Positions 28,552 through 39,231 of a stretch of 64,000 bases of DNA are shown piece after piece. Source of the DNA: an uncultured Solirubrobacteraceae bacterium (GTDB lineage Bacteria; Actinomycetota; Thermoleophilia; Solirubrobacterales; Solirubrobacteraceae); assembly GCA_964588985.1 (NCBI GenBank), contig CAZPQW010000001.1, positions 192,001-256,000 of the forward strand. Reading direction: 5' to 3'. A program made the translations under genes and the position numbers. Below the pieces are notes generated by a model. It worked only from the letters and a program-made list of their open reading frames with translations, did not search any database and was not told the origin of the DNA. The number at the start of each line of letters is the position of its first letter. Within the stretch, counting starts at the first letter, position 1.

Positions 28552-30245
28552 CAGTATTTCCTCTCCTCGGGCTGCCACTGGGTGATCGTGACCGGCGAGT
28601 AGCTCACCTCTGGGCCGTCTTGCCCCAAGGTGATGTCGATGTGCTTGAGCCACTCCTCGTCGTTGCGCTCCGGGTAGTCGGTGCGGAACTGCGCGCCGCG
28701 CGACTCCTTGCGCTCGATCGCCGCGACCACCGTGGCCTCGGCGCAGTCGACCATGTAGCCAAGCTCGATCGCTCCGAGCACGTCCTGGTTGAAGACCGTC
28801 CCGCGGTCGTCGATCCAGGCGCTCTGAGCCTCCTCTTTGAGGCGGCCGATCGTCTCGAGCGCGCCCTGCAGCCCGGCCTCGTCGCGGAACACGGCGGCGT
28901 GTTTGTTCATCAGCTCGCCCAGCTCGTTCTTGATCTCCGACACTCGCCTGCCGTCGTGGGAGCGGGCGATGATCGAGTCGATCCGGCCCGCGTCCTCGCG
29001 CAGCTGCGGGCGCGTGTCCACGTCGGGCATGCCCATCGACGCGGCCCGGTCGGCGGCGTGTTCGCCCGCGCGGCGGCCGAAGATGAGTGTGTCGAGCAGC
29101 GAGTTCGCGCCGAGGCGGTTGCCGCCGTGCACCGACACGCACGCGACCTCGCCCGCCGCATACAGGCCCTCGATCGGCGTGCGCCCGTCGACGTCTGTCT
29201 TGACGCCGCCCATGATGTAGTGCTGGCCGGGGCGGATCATGATCGGTTCGCGGGTGATGTCCACGCCGGCGAAGTCGCGCCCGAGGTTGACGATCTCGCG
29301 AAGCGCCTCCAGCGTGCGCTTGCGCGGCACGACCGTCACGTCGAGGTAGATGCCCTCGCCGTTGGGGCCCACGCCGCGGCCCTCGTTGATCTCGATCTGC
29401 TCCGCGCGCGAGACCACGTCGCGGGAGGCGAGCTCCATCTTGTTGGGAGCGGATTTCTCCATGAACCGTTCGCCGTTGGCGTTCAGCAGGTGCGCGCCCT
29501 CGCCGCGCGCGCCCTCCGTGATGAGGATGCCCGTCTCCACGAGGCACGTGGGGTGGTACTGGACCATCTCCATGTCCATCAGCGGCGCGCCCGCGCGGTA
29601 TGCCATCGCGATTCCGTCGCCGGTCACGATCAGGCCGTTCGTCGTCGGCTTGTAAGCCTGGCCGGCGCCGCCACACGCGAGGATCACGTTCTTCGCGGTG
29701 AAAGCCTCCATGCGCCCGGTGCGGATGTCGCGCGCGAGCACCCCGCAGCAGCGGCCGGACTCGTCCTTGAGCAGCGAGGTCGTGAACCACTCCTCATACC
29801 GTTCCACGGTCTCGTGGTGCTTCATCAGCTGCTCGTAGAGCACGTGCAGGAGGGCCTGCCCGGTGATGTCGGCCACGTAGGCGGTGCGCTTCATCGAAGC
29901 GCCGCCAAACGCGCGCAGGTCCATCTCGCCCTTGTCGTTGCGGTGGAACGTCACGCCCATGTGCTCCAGGTCCATGACCTCCTTGGGCGCCTCCGAGCAC
30001 ATGATCTCGATCGCGTCCTGGTCGCCGAGGAAGTCCGAGCCCTTGACCGTGTCGTACGCGTGCGAGCGCCAGTCATCGTCGACGCTGATCGCCGCGTTGA
30101 TGCCGCCCGCGGCCGCCACCGAGTGGGAGCGCACCGGGTGGACCTTGCTCATGATCGCCACGCTCGCGCCCTTCTGAGCAGCGGCGAGCGCCGCGCGCTG
30201 TCCCGCGAGACCGGCCCCGATGATCAATACGTCGTTTGCTGGCAT
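28551..30245 (-). CDS. sdhA: Succinate dehydrogenase/fumarate reductase flavoprotein subunit
   Basis: GAGLAG, RSHSVAAAGG, QYHPT, ELASRDVVSR, HGGNRLGANSL. Confidence 0.95.
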   Translation of the reverse strand: MPANDVLIIGAGLAGQRAALAAAQKGASVAIMSKVHPVRSHSVAAAGGINAAISVDDDWRSHAYDTVKGSDFLGDQDAIEIMCSEAPKEVMDLEHMGVTFHRNDKGEMDLRAFGGASMKRTAYVADITGQALLHVLYEQLMKHHETVERYEEWFTTSLLKDESGRCCGVLARDIRTGRMEAFTAKNVILACGGAGQAYKPTTNGLIVTGDGIAMAYRAGAPLMDMEMVQYHPTCLVETGILITEGARGEGAHLLNANGERFMEKSAPNKMELASRDVVSRAEQIEINEGRGVGPNGEGIYLDVTVVPRKRTLEALREIVNLGRDFAGVDITREPIMIRPGQHYIMGGVKTDVDGRTPIEGLYAAGEVACVSVHGGNRLGANSLLDTLIFGRRAGEHAADRAASMGMPDVDTRPQLREDAGRIDSIIARSHDGRRVSEIKNELGELMNKHAAVFRDEAGLQGALETIGRLKEEAQSAWIDDRGTVFNQDVLGAIELGYMVDCAEATVVAAIERKESRGAQFRTDYPERNDEEWLKHIDITLGQDGPEVSYSPVTITQWQPEERKY

Positions 30246-30384
30246 GGCTCCCTGAGGTTGATTGGGCTAAGGGGTTGCGGGCGGGACTCTATAACGCGGG
30301 GGCGTTTGGGCTCTGAGTGGCGGTGGGGTGGGGAGCTGGGTTGCGCGGATGACGTGGGCTACTCGACATCCCGCGGCCAGCCAT

Positions 30385-30513
30385 CAGGCGCGCTGGGCGT
30401 CAGGACGGTCCTGCTCGCCCTCGCCGCAGCCATCCCCCTCAACCACCAGCTCAGCCGCCCAAGCAGAGCACTCGTCAACTACTGCGCCTGACTCCCGTGG
30501 AATCGATCATCTA
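30385..30513 (+). pseudogene. Possible 3' remnant of an IS982-like transposase plus terminal inverted repeat
   Basis: Frame reads ...VLLALAAAIPLNHQLSRPSRALVNYCA* followed by TGGAATCGATCATCTA; resembles, from memory, ends of actinobacterial IS982-like elements; needs a search. Confidence 0.4.
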
Positions 30514-31137
30514 AGCGCGACGGCTTGAGGCCGCCCGGAGCGCCGTCACCTTGCCGACTCGCTCGACGACAGCTAGCTCACCTGCATCAATCAGCTCGCC
30601 GATGAGACGATGGGGGCCAGCGGACTTGTCGGTGGAATCGTCGAAGGCGACCGCGGCGCCCGCGACCAGGTGAGGGTTCCATGCATCCCAGTCGCGCCGA
30701 ACCCCCTCGTAGCTGTGGTCACCGTCGATCCACAGGAGTCGCACCGGCATTTGCCAGCCGGGGGTGATCACCTCGCTTGAGAGATTAACCAATCGCACGC
30801 GCTCGTATGCTCTCGAGCTCAGCATGGTCCTAAAGAAGGCGGCTCGGTCTGCCGGGCCGAAGACGCCTCCGAAGACGCCCTTGAACGGCTCGTGGGGCTC
30901 GATAGCGAAAACTGGACTTGAGCCGGCGCCCTGGGCGAGGGCTACTGTCGAGCGTCCGCGGTAGCTGCCGACCTCAACGATGCATCCTGCCGGGTCGTCC
31001 TTCTTGGCGAGACGCAACAGCAGATCGGCCTCATCCAATGAGATCATCCCTGGCGCGCGGTCCACGGCGCGAAGAGCTGGAGGTACGCGACGCCACCTGG
31101 AAGTCAGGACGGTTCTAGCTGTTTGAACCACAGGCAA
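30511..31137 (-). CDS. Class I SAM-dependent methyltransferase (Methyltransf_24-like)
   Basis: IVEVGSYRGRST, LLWIDGDHSYEGV, AFDD. Confidence 0.88.
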   Translation of the reverse strand: MPVVQTARTVLTSRWRRVPPALRAVDRAPGMISLDEADLLLRLAKKDDPAGCIVEVGSYRGRSTVALAQGAGSSPVFAIEPHEPFKGVFGGVFGPADRAAFFRTMLSSRAYERVRLVNLSSEVITPGWQMPVRLLWIDGDHSYEGVRRDWDAWNPHLVAGAAVAFDDSTDKSAGPHRLIGELIDAGELAVVERVGKVTALRAASSRRA

Positions 31138-31188
31138 AGCATAGTGATCCCTGCATGTGTTCGGGCAGGCAGAACTGCGAGACGTGCC

Positions 31189-32361
31189 TCAACCGACCAT
31201 GCCGGCCCGTCCCACCGGCCGCAGCGCCTGCCGAACTTGAGCCAGCGTGACGACCCCCTGCAGCACACCATCGGCGTCTACAGCCACCATCGCGCCGAGC
31301 CGGGCTATGCCCTCGGCGCGCAGCAGCGATTCGAGCGGCATCTGTTCTCCGATGCGCACGGGCATGTCCTCCTCGAGGACGTCGGTGACCGGCAATGCCG
31401 GCCTGCCGGCGGCGATCTCGCTCTCGACGCGCTGCTGGCGCACGACGCCGAGGAAGTGGCGCGCGGGGTCGACGACAGCGAACCACGGCCAGCGGTAGCG
31501 AAGGAAGAACTGCTCCTGGGCGTCGAGCAGCGTGAGGTCCGCCGAGATCGTCACGGGCTCGCGGTCCATGATGTCCGCGACGGTGATGTGCTGGATGCGC
31601 CGGCCGAGCGCGCCCTGCACGACCGCCGCGCCCGCGGATTGGTAGATGATGAAGGCGAGCATCAGTGTCATCAGGGCGAGGAACGAGTCGCTGCTGGTGA
31701 GCGTCCACAGGCCGAGCGCGCCGAGCGCGAGCGCGAACGCCTGTCCCGAGCGTCCCGTGGCGAGCGTCGCGCGGTTGCGGTCGCCGGTGAAGCGCCACAC
31801 GGCGGCGCGCGCGATTCGTCCGCCGTCGAGCGGGAACGCGGGCACGATGTTGAAGATGAACAGCGCGGCGTTGATGAAGCCGAGCCAGCCGACGAGCGCG
31901 AGCGCCGGCGTGGCGATCACGGCTTCGTTGGTGAGCGATGCGACGTGGGTGAAGCTCCCACTGCTCGCCAGAAGCGTGCCGACTCCCAGGCATAGGCCGA
32001 ACAGCACGAGCGTCACCAGGGGCCCGGCGGCGGCGACCTTGAACTCCTCGCCGGCGGTCTCCGGCTCGCGACGCATGTGCGAGAGCCCGCCGAAGAACCA
32101 CAGATCGATGCCCGCGATCGGGATGCCCAGGCGCCTCGCCATGAGCGCGTGTCCCAGCTCGTGCAGGATCAGCGAGGCGAAGTAGCCGAGCGCGCCAGCC
32201 ACGGCCACCGCGTAGGCGGTGCTCTGCGATCCGCCCAACAGCCGGTGAAAGTATTCAGAGAGGTAGTAGATCAGCAGGAACAGCACCACGAACCAGCTGG
32301 CGCTGACGCCGATGCGAATGCCGAAGACGCGGGCTAGCTGGAAGTTGGTGCGTTTGGGCAT
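31189..32361 (-). CDS. Site-2 protease (M50) with CBS domains
   Basis: HELGH, AGP, NIVPAFPLDGGR; C-terminal CBS pair. Confidence 0.92.
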   Translation of the reverse strand: MPKRTNFQLARVFGIRIGVSASWFVVLFLLIYYLSEYFHRLLGGSQSTAYAVAVAGALGYFASLILHELGHALMARRLGIPIAGIDLWFFGGLSHMRREPETAGEEFKVAAAGPLVTLVLFGLCLGVGTLLASSGSFTHVASLTNEAVIATPALALVGWLGFINAALFIFNIVPAFPLDGGRIARAAVWRFTGDRNRATLATGRSGQAFALALGALGLWTLTSSDSFLALMTLMLAFIIYQSAGAAVVQGALGRRIQHITVADIMDREPVTISADLTLLDAQEQFFLRYRWPWFAVVDPARHFLGVVRQQRVESEIAAGRPALPVTDVLEEDMPVRIGEQMPLESLLRAEGIARLGAMVAVDADGVLQGVVTLAQVRQALRPVGRAGMVG

Positions 32362-32400
32362 TGACTCAATGGTAGGCCGGCGGGTCTCTCGACCCGCCTA

Positions 32401-34098
32401 CTACTGCGGAAGGCCGCGGGCGATGATCGAGTCGAAGTCGACCCACGCGGGGAGCGTGCCGTACTCGAGGCCCGCATCCCGGGCGACGCGCGACGCGCAG
32501 AACGCGTCGGCCACCGCGGCGGGGGCGTGGCGCACGAGCAGCGAGCCCTGCAGGCACACGGCCATCGATTCGACCACCCGTCGCGCGCGGGTCTCGAGCG
32601 TGCTCGGGTCTGAGAACTGGTCCTTCAGCGACTGCACGCGCGCGTCCAGGCGCCCATCGGCGCCTTGGGCCAGCTCGACCTCCGCGAGGAACACCTCGAG
32701 CGAACGCGGTGAGCGCGTGAGCGCGCGCAGCACGTCGAGGCTCATCACGTTTCCCGAGCCCTCCCAGATCGAAGCGAGCGGCGCCTCGCGGTAGAGACGG
32801 GGCATCCCCGACTCCTCCACGTAGCCCACGCCGCCGAAGCACTCGAGCGCCTCGAACGCATGGTTCGGCGCGCGCTTGCACGTCCAGTACTTGCCGACCG
32901 CGGTCGCGAGGCGCTTGAACAGCTGCGCGTCGCTCTCGTCCTCGCCGGCCTGCGCGTCGGCGTGCGCCTCGTCGTAGGCGCGCGCTAGACGCATCGCGAG
33001 CACGGTGCTCGCCTCGGACTCCACGCACAGGTCCGCGAGCACGTTGCGCATCAGCGGCTGGTCGATCAGCAGCTTGCCGAAAGCGCTGCGGTGCGCCGCG
33101 TGGTGGGTCGCGAGGACGACCGCCGAGCGCATCCCCGCGGCCGCGCCGATCGCGCAGTCCAGGCGCGTGTGGCCGACCATCTCGATGATCGTCGGCACGC
33201 CACGGCCAGGCTCGCCCACCATCCGCGCCCACGCGCCGTGCAGCTCGATCTCCGAGGAGGCGTTGGAGTGGTTGCCGAGCTTGTCCTTCAGGCGCTGGAT
33301 GTGAAACGCGTTGCGCGAGCCGTCCGGGAGGATGCGCGGCAGCAGGAAGCACGAGAGGCCGTCGTCGGTCTGCGCGAGCACGAGGAACAGGTCCGACATC
33401 GGCGCCGAGCAGAACCACTTGTGGCCGATCAACTCATACTCGCCCCCGGCTCCGCCACCGCCCAGCGGCTTGGCGAACGTGGTGTTGGCGCGCACGTCCG
33501 AGCCGCCCTGCTTCTCGGTCATCGCCATCCCCGCGATCGCCGACCCCTTCTCGCTCGCGGGGATCGAGCGTGGGTCATACGTGGCGGCTGTGATCAGCGG
33601 CTCCCACTCGGCGGCGAGCTCGGGTTGCGCGCGCAGCGCGGGGACCACGGCGAAGGTCATCGTTATGGGGCAGGCGAAGCCTGCCTCGGCCTGCATCGCT
33701 GTCATGTACATCGCGGCGCGCGCCGCGTGAGCGAATGGCTCGTCGCTCGTCCACGGCAGCGAATGCAGCTCGTGCTCCACACCGAGCTGCATCAGTTTGT
33801 GCCACGCGGGATGGAACTCGACCTCGTCGATGCGGTTGCCGTAACGGTCGTGGGTGCGCAGCACCGGCTTGTTCTCGTTCGCCAGGCGGCCCCACTGCTG
33901 CTGCGGCTCGCCGCCGACGATTCGCCCGAGCGCGGACGCGCGCTCGATCACCCACTCCGCGCCCTCCCGTGCGACAGCCTCCACGAGCGGCGTGTTGCTC
34001 GCGAACACGTCCACGCCTTCGAGCGGCGGGGGCTGGTTGAAGACCGTGTGCGTCTGCCACGGCGCTTCCCCGTGCGCGGGATGCGAGGCGGTGGCCAT
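32401..34098 (-). CDS. aidB: Acyl-CoA dehydrogenase, AidB-like
   Basis: THTVFNQPPPL, CPITMT, MTEKQGGSDVRAN, SIWEGSGNV. Confidence 0.85.
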   Translation of the reverse strand: MATASHPAHGEAPWQTHTVFNQPPPLEGVDVFASNTPLVEAVAREGAEWVIERASALGRIVGGEPQQQWGRLANENKPVLRTHDRYGNRIDEVEFHPAWHKLMQLGVEHELHSLPWTSDEPFAHAARAAMYMTAMQAEAGFACPITMTFAVVPALRAQPELAAEWEPLITAATYDPRSIPASEKGSAIAGMAMTEKQGGSDVRANTTFAKPLGGGGAGGEYELIGHKWFCSAPMSDLFLVLAQTDDGLSCFLLPRILPDGSRNAFHIQRLKDKLGNHSNASSEIELHGAWARMVGEPGRGVPTIIEMVGHTRLDCAIGAAAGMRSAVVLATHHAAHRSAFGKLLIDQPLMRNVLADLCVESEASTVLAMRLARAYDEAHADAQAGEDESDAQLFKRLATAVGKYWTCKRAPNHAFEALECFGGVGYVEESGMPRLYREAPLASIWEGSGNVMSLDVLRALTRSPRSLEVFLAEVELAQGADGRLDARVQSLKDQFSDPSTLETRARRVVESMAVCLQGSLLVRHAPAAVADAFCASRVARDAGLEYGTLPAWVDFDSIIARGLPQ

Positions 34099-34190
34099 GC
34101 GTCTAAGTCAAGCAGATGGCGCCGAGGCCGTAGTCGCCTGGGCGATAGCATCGGCGGCCCGGACCGCCCCCACCCGAAGGACCGACACAC

Positions 34191-35404
34191 ATGGCCAAGA
34201 TCAAGGTTGAGAACCCCGTCGTCGAGCTCGACGGCGATGAGATGACGCGGATCATCTGGTCGTTCATCAAGGAGCAGCTGATCCTCCCCTACCTGGACGT
34301 GGACCTGAAGTACTACGACCTGGGCATCGAGAGCCGCGACGCCACCGAGGACCGCATCACCGTCGAAGCGGCCGATGCGATCAAGCTCTACGGCGTGGGC
34401 GTGAAGTGCGCGACGATCACCCCCGACGAGGCGCGCGTTGAGGAGTTCGGCCTGAAGGAGATGTATCGCTCTCCAAACGGCACGGTGCGAAACATCCTCG
34501 GAGGAGTGATCTTCCGCGAGCCGATCGTCATAGCCAACATTCCCCGACTCGTACCCGGCTGGACGAAGCCGATCGTGATCGGACGTCACGCCTTCGGCGA
34601 TCAGTACCGCGCCACCGATCTGGTGGTGCCGGGCGAGGGCAAGCTGACGCTCACCTACACCCCGGCCGACGGCTCCGAGCCGATCGAGCTGGACGTGTAC
34701 GACTTCCCGGGCGCGGGTGTCGCGATGGCGATGTACAACCTCGACGACTCGATCCGCGACTTCGCTCGCGCGTCGCTGCGCTACGGGCTGGACCGCACCT
34801 ATCCCGTTTACCTGTCGACGAAGAACACGATCATGAAGCGCTACGACGGCCGCTTCAAAGACATCTTCGAGGAGGTCTACGAGGCCGAGTTCAAGAGCGA
34901 CTTCGAGGTCGCCGGCATCACCTATGAACACCGCCTGATCGACGACATGGTCGCCGCGTGTCTGAAGTGGGAGGGCGGCTATGTGTGGGCGTGCAAGAAC
35001 TACGACGGCGATGTCCAGTCGGACACCGTCGCACAGGGCTTCGGCTCGCTCGGGCTGATGACGAGCGTGCTGATGACCGCCGATGGCAAGACGGTGGAGG
35101 CCGAGGCGGCGCACGGAACAGTCACGCGCCACTACCGCCAGCACCAGCAGGGAAAGCCAACTTCGACCAATCCGATCGCGTCGATCTTCGCGTGGACGCG
35201 TGGCCTAGCCGCGCGTGGGCGCATGGACGGCACACCGGATGTGATCGGCTTCGCGGAGACGCTCGAGCGCGTTTGCATCGAGACCGTCGAAGGCGGAAAG
35301 ATGACCAAGGATCTGGCGCTGCTCGTCGGCCCCGATCAACCGTGGCAGACGACGCAGGAGTTCCTCGCGTCGATCGCCGACAACCTCACCCAGGAGATGA
35401 AACT

Positions 35405-35408
<4 letters not shown>
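34191..35408 (+). CDS. icd: NADP-dependent isocitrate dehydrogenase
   Basis: [36 protein letters not shown]. Confidence 0.97.
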
Positions 35409-36388
<980 letters not shown>

Positions 36389-36461
36389 GGGCGGGCTCCA
36401 CGGTCGGGGAGGCTCAGCAAGCAGCCTCCGCAAAGCAGATTCAGGGCAGTTGCAATACAAG

Positions 36462-36496
36462 AAGAGGGGCGCGGTCATTACGACCACGCCCCTCTT
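36462..36496 (-). terminator. Intrinsic terminator between convergent mdh and the DNA-binding gene
   Basis: Minus strand GAGGGGCGUGGUC-GUAAU-GACCGCGCCCCUC followed by UUCUUGUAUU. Confidence 0.7.
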
Positions 36497-36626
36497 TCGT
36501 TCAGCTGATCCGCAAGCTCCCTAAATCAGGAGGGAAGTCCGACGGATCGGAGACGCTGACAAGGACGCAGGATGCGTGGTGTGCTTTGCACACGAGCATC
36601 CGAGGACGCCGCCAGCGGCTTCGAGA

Positions 36627-37109
36627 CTAGGACTTCGGGTGCCAGCCACGGCCTTTCTTCTCCACCTTTGCTTCCTGCTCGAGTCCGGGCAGCACGCGGT
36701 AGAGGTAGTTCTGCTTGATCCCCATCTTGGCTGCAAGCTCGGGGATGCTGATGCCAGGCTGTCCCTGCACGAACGACAGCGCCTCGGCGGCACGCGTGCC
36801 GCTGCCTTTGCGCCGTCCGGCGCGACGGCCTGCTTTTTTCGCTGCTTTGGGGGCTTTCGGTGCTTTGGGGGCGGCTGCCGGTTTGGCAGTTGCACGATTG
36901 ACTGAGCCGCGCGGACGTCCGGGTCCACGGCGGCGAGGGGTAGCGGTGGGAGCGACCGCAACCGCGGTGCTCGAAGAAGCTGCTGGTCCGCCAACGCCTG
37001 CGAGAGCTGCCGCGGCGGCCTCCAGGCGGCTGTACTCGTCGACCAGGGGCTTCAGCTCTTTCAGCCGAGCAGCGATCTCCTGGCGCTTCTCATCAAGAAA
37101 GTCGGTCAC
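36627..37109 (-). CDS. Basic DNA-binding protein: coiled coil, AT-hook, Lys/Ala/Pro-rich linker and winged HTH
   Basis: SD GAGG then GTG at 37109; RRRGPGRPRGS; PKAPKAPKAAKK; QPGISIPELAAKMGIKQNYLYRVL...KGRGW. Confidence 0.8.
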   Translation of the reverse strand: MTDFLDEKRQEIAARLKELKPLVDEYSRLEAAAAALAGVGGPAASSSTAVAVAPTATPRRRGPGRPRGSVNRATAKPAAAPKAPKAPKAAKKAGRRAGRRKGSGTRAAEALSFVQGQPGISIPELAAKMGIKQNYLYRVLPGLEQEAKVEKKGRGWHPKS

Positions 37110-37188
37110 GGTATGAATCCTCTTCACTAGATTTGATGCAACGGCGTCACATCTTTTGAGGCTTGACCTTACACCAATTCCCTGATGT

Positions 37189-37632
37189 TCACCGTTCGAG
37201 GCGGGCGCGCAGTCGATCCAGTGTGCGCCTGGCCTCACGCTCGGGCATGCCACCGACGAGCGCACGACTGACTATCGCACCCACCGGTCCAAGTGGAGGA
37301 CGGAATTCGTTGCGATAGTCAAAGCGCGTGCCATCGCCTGTTGCCTCGAGGGCGTATTCGCTGCGCGCATGCGACCTTGCGGGCCCCCGTCCCTCCCATA
37401 TCGCCAGCTCATTAGGACGGCACTCGACGAGCTTCCAGTGAACCTCGAGGCTGACGCCGCGCATGTGGATCTGCTGATCCATCGTGTACCCAACGCGCAG
37501 CGGTCCGCCGTCGGCGTGCACGAGCTTGCGGTGAATGGTGACCCACTCACCCAGGGACGCGGGGTCCATGACGAGCGCCCACACCTGCTCGGGTGGAGCT
37601 GCGATCTCGATCGAGGCTGTGACGAGGCTCAT
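37189..37632 (-). CDS. SRPBCC family protein
   Basis: ASIEIAAPPEQVWALVMDPASLGEW. Confidence 0.85.
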   Translation of the reverse strand: MSLVTASIEIAAPPEQVWALVMDPASLGEWVTIHRKLVHADGGPLRVGYTMDQQIHMRGVSLEVHWKLVECRPNELAIWEGRGPARSHARSEYALEATGDGTRFDYRNEFRPPLGPVGAIVSRALVGGMPEREARRTLDRLRARLER

Positions 37633-37705
37633 GTGGGCTACGGCCGCGCTTCGGCCGACGCAGAACGGTAGCGGGGTGTGCGGGACGTCGCATCGGCGTG
37701 ACTCA

Positions 37706-38698
37706 TCAGCGGGCGGCCAGCGGCTCGCGCTGCTCCCACTCGGCGAGCGCGTGTTCGACGGCTGAGTCAAACGAGTGCAATCGCACGCCGAGAAGCTCGT
37801 CGGCGTGATCTTCGGCCGGCAGCAGGTCGCATTGCAGGCCCTCCATCAGTGGCACCACCAGCTCCGGGTCCTCGCTCGCGATAGCCGCCGCGACTCGGGC
37901 TGCGACCGGTGTCAAATTCACCCTGAACCTCACCGCGGGGCGCCTTACGAGCATCAGATCGGCGATCCGGGTGAGCATTTCGCCGTAGGTGAGGGTGTCG
38001 GGTCCGCCGATGTCCAGAGAGCGTCTCGTCGGTTGCGCGGTGGCGGCCGAGACGAGCATCTCGATCACGTCGCGAGCGTCGATCGGCCTGGTGCGAAAGC
38101 GCTGCCACGCGGGTAGTGTGAGTACCGGAAGTCGCTCGACCAGATGCACCAGCAGGCGAAACGAGCGCGACCGCTCGCCGATCACAATCGAGGCGCGCAG
38201 GGCCAGTGAGTCGGCGATAGCCGCCGAGAGGATGTTCTCAACCTCCACGCGGCTCGCTAGATGCGCCGAGGTGAGCTCGCGCTGTGTGGTGGCTTCTGTG
38301 TGCTGCTCCTCGCTCCGCGGGACGAGGCCCCCGAGATACACGATGCGGCGCACGCCCGCGCGTGCCGCGGCGTCGGCGAACCTCTCCGCCGCGACGCGCT
38401 CGCGCTCGACGAACGGCGACGCGTCGGCAGGGGGGCGCTCCATCGAGTGGATCAGGTAATACGCGACCTCCACATCCGCCATCGCGCGATCGAGCCCCTC
38501 GCCGGTGAGAGCGTCGCCGGACAGGACCTCGACGCGCTCCGCGTCGACGTTCGGGGTGCTGAAGGCAAGTGCCTCGCGGATACGTCGCGGGTCGCGGCCG
38601 AACGCGCGCACGACGTGCCCGTCGGCGCAGAGACGGGGGGCGAGCAGCGAGCCCACGAAGCCGCTCGCGCCGGTTACCAGGACGCGCATCCCCTCCAT
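37706..38698 (-). CDS. NAD(P)H-binding atypical SDR (YbjT-like)
   Basis: VTGASGFVGS, AYYLIHSM, IVYLGGL, HLASR. Confidence 0.88.
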   Translation of the reverse strand: MEGMRVLVTGASGFVGSLLAPRLCADGHVVRAFGRDPRRIREALAFSTPNVDAERVEVLSGDALTGEGLDRAMADVEVAYYLIHSMERPPADASPFVERERVAAERFADAAARAGVRRIVYLGGLVPRSEEQHTEATTQRELTSAHLASRVEVENILSAAIADSLALRASIVIGERSRSFRLLVHLVERLPVLTLPAWQRFRTRPIDARDVIEMLVSAATAQPTRRSLDIGGPDTLTYGEMLTRIADLMLVRRPAVRFRVNLTPVAARVAAAIASEDPELVVPLMEGLQCDLLPAEDHADELLGVRLHSFDSAVEHALAEWEQREPLAAR

Positions 38699-38911
38699 GA
38701 TGACGCGATCGCGTCAAACGCCCGGAAAGTGCGGCGGGACCGGGAGGATTGTCACAGCAAAGTGACTGGATCTCGCCTATTTCCGGGTAGCGATTGTTTT
38801 CTCTGCGATTTGCGGAGTGGGTCGCCCGAGTCCCTTGAGCGGTGCTCGCAATCCTGCTTTGATCGCTCCCGTCGAGTCCATCCCACTCTCTCAGTTCGGG
38901 GGCAGGTATAG

Positions 38912-39157
38912 GTGCCGAGTACAACGAGCAGGCGTGCTCCCAAGCGAGCCACGCCCAAAGTCAGCTGCGATCAATGCTTCTTCCGGGTCAATCTCCTGTG
39001 CGCCCTGGAGCTGGAGGAGCCGTGCGCGACGTTCCGTCCCAACGAGGCCCAGTTGCGTCCGCCGCCACAGCTGCGCTTCGTGTTCCGTCAAGAGCGCCGC
39101 ACGCGAGCCGCGTGGGCGTTTCCCTCCGCGCAGGAGCAGGCCGCACTGCACGCATAG
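38912..39157 (+). CDS. Small four-Cys hypothetical protein
   Basis: CDQC-x7-C-x7-C; coding-like codon pattern. Confidence 0.65.
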   Translation: MPSTTSRRAPKRATPKVSCDQCFFRVNLLCALELEEPCATFRPNEAQLRPPPQLRFVFRQERRTRAAWAFPSAQEQAALHA

Positions 39158-39231
39158 CGGTGTCGCGGGCGCGCTAGCTGGGTATATTGAGCTTTCGACC
39201 CGCAAAGCTTCCGGCAGAGGTGGTGGCAGAC

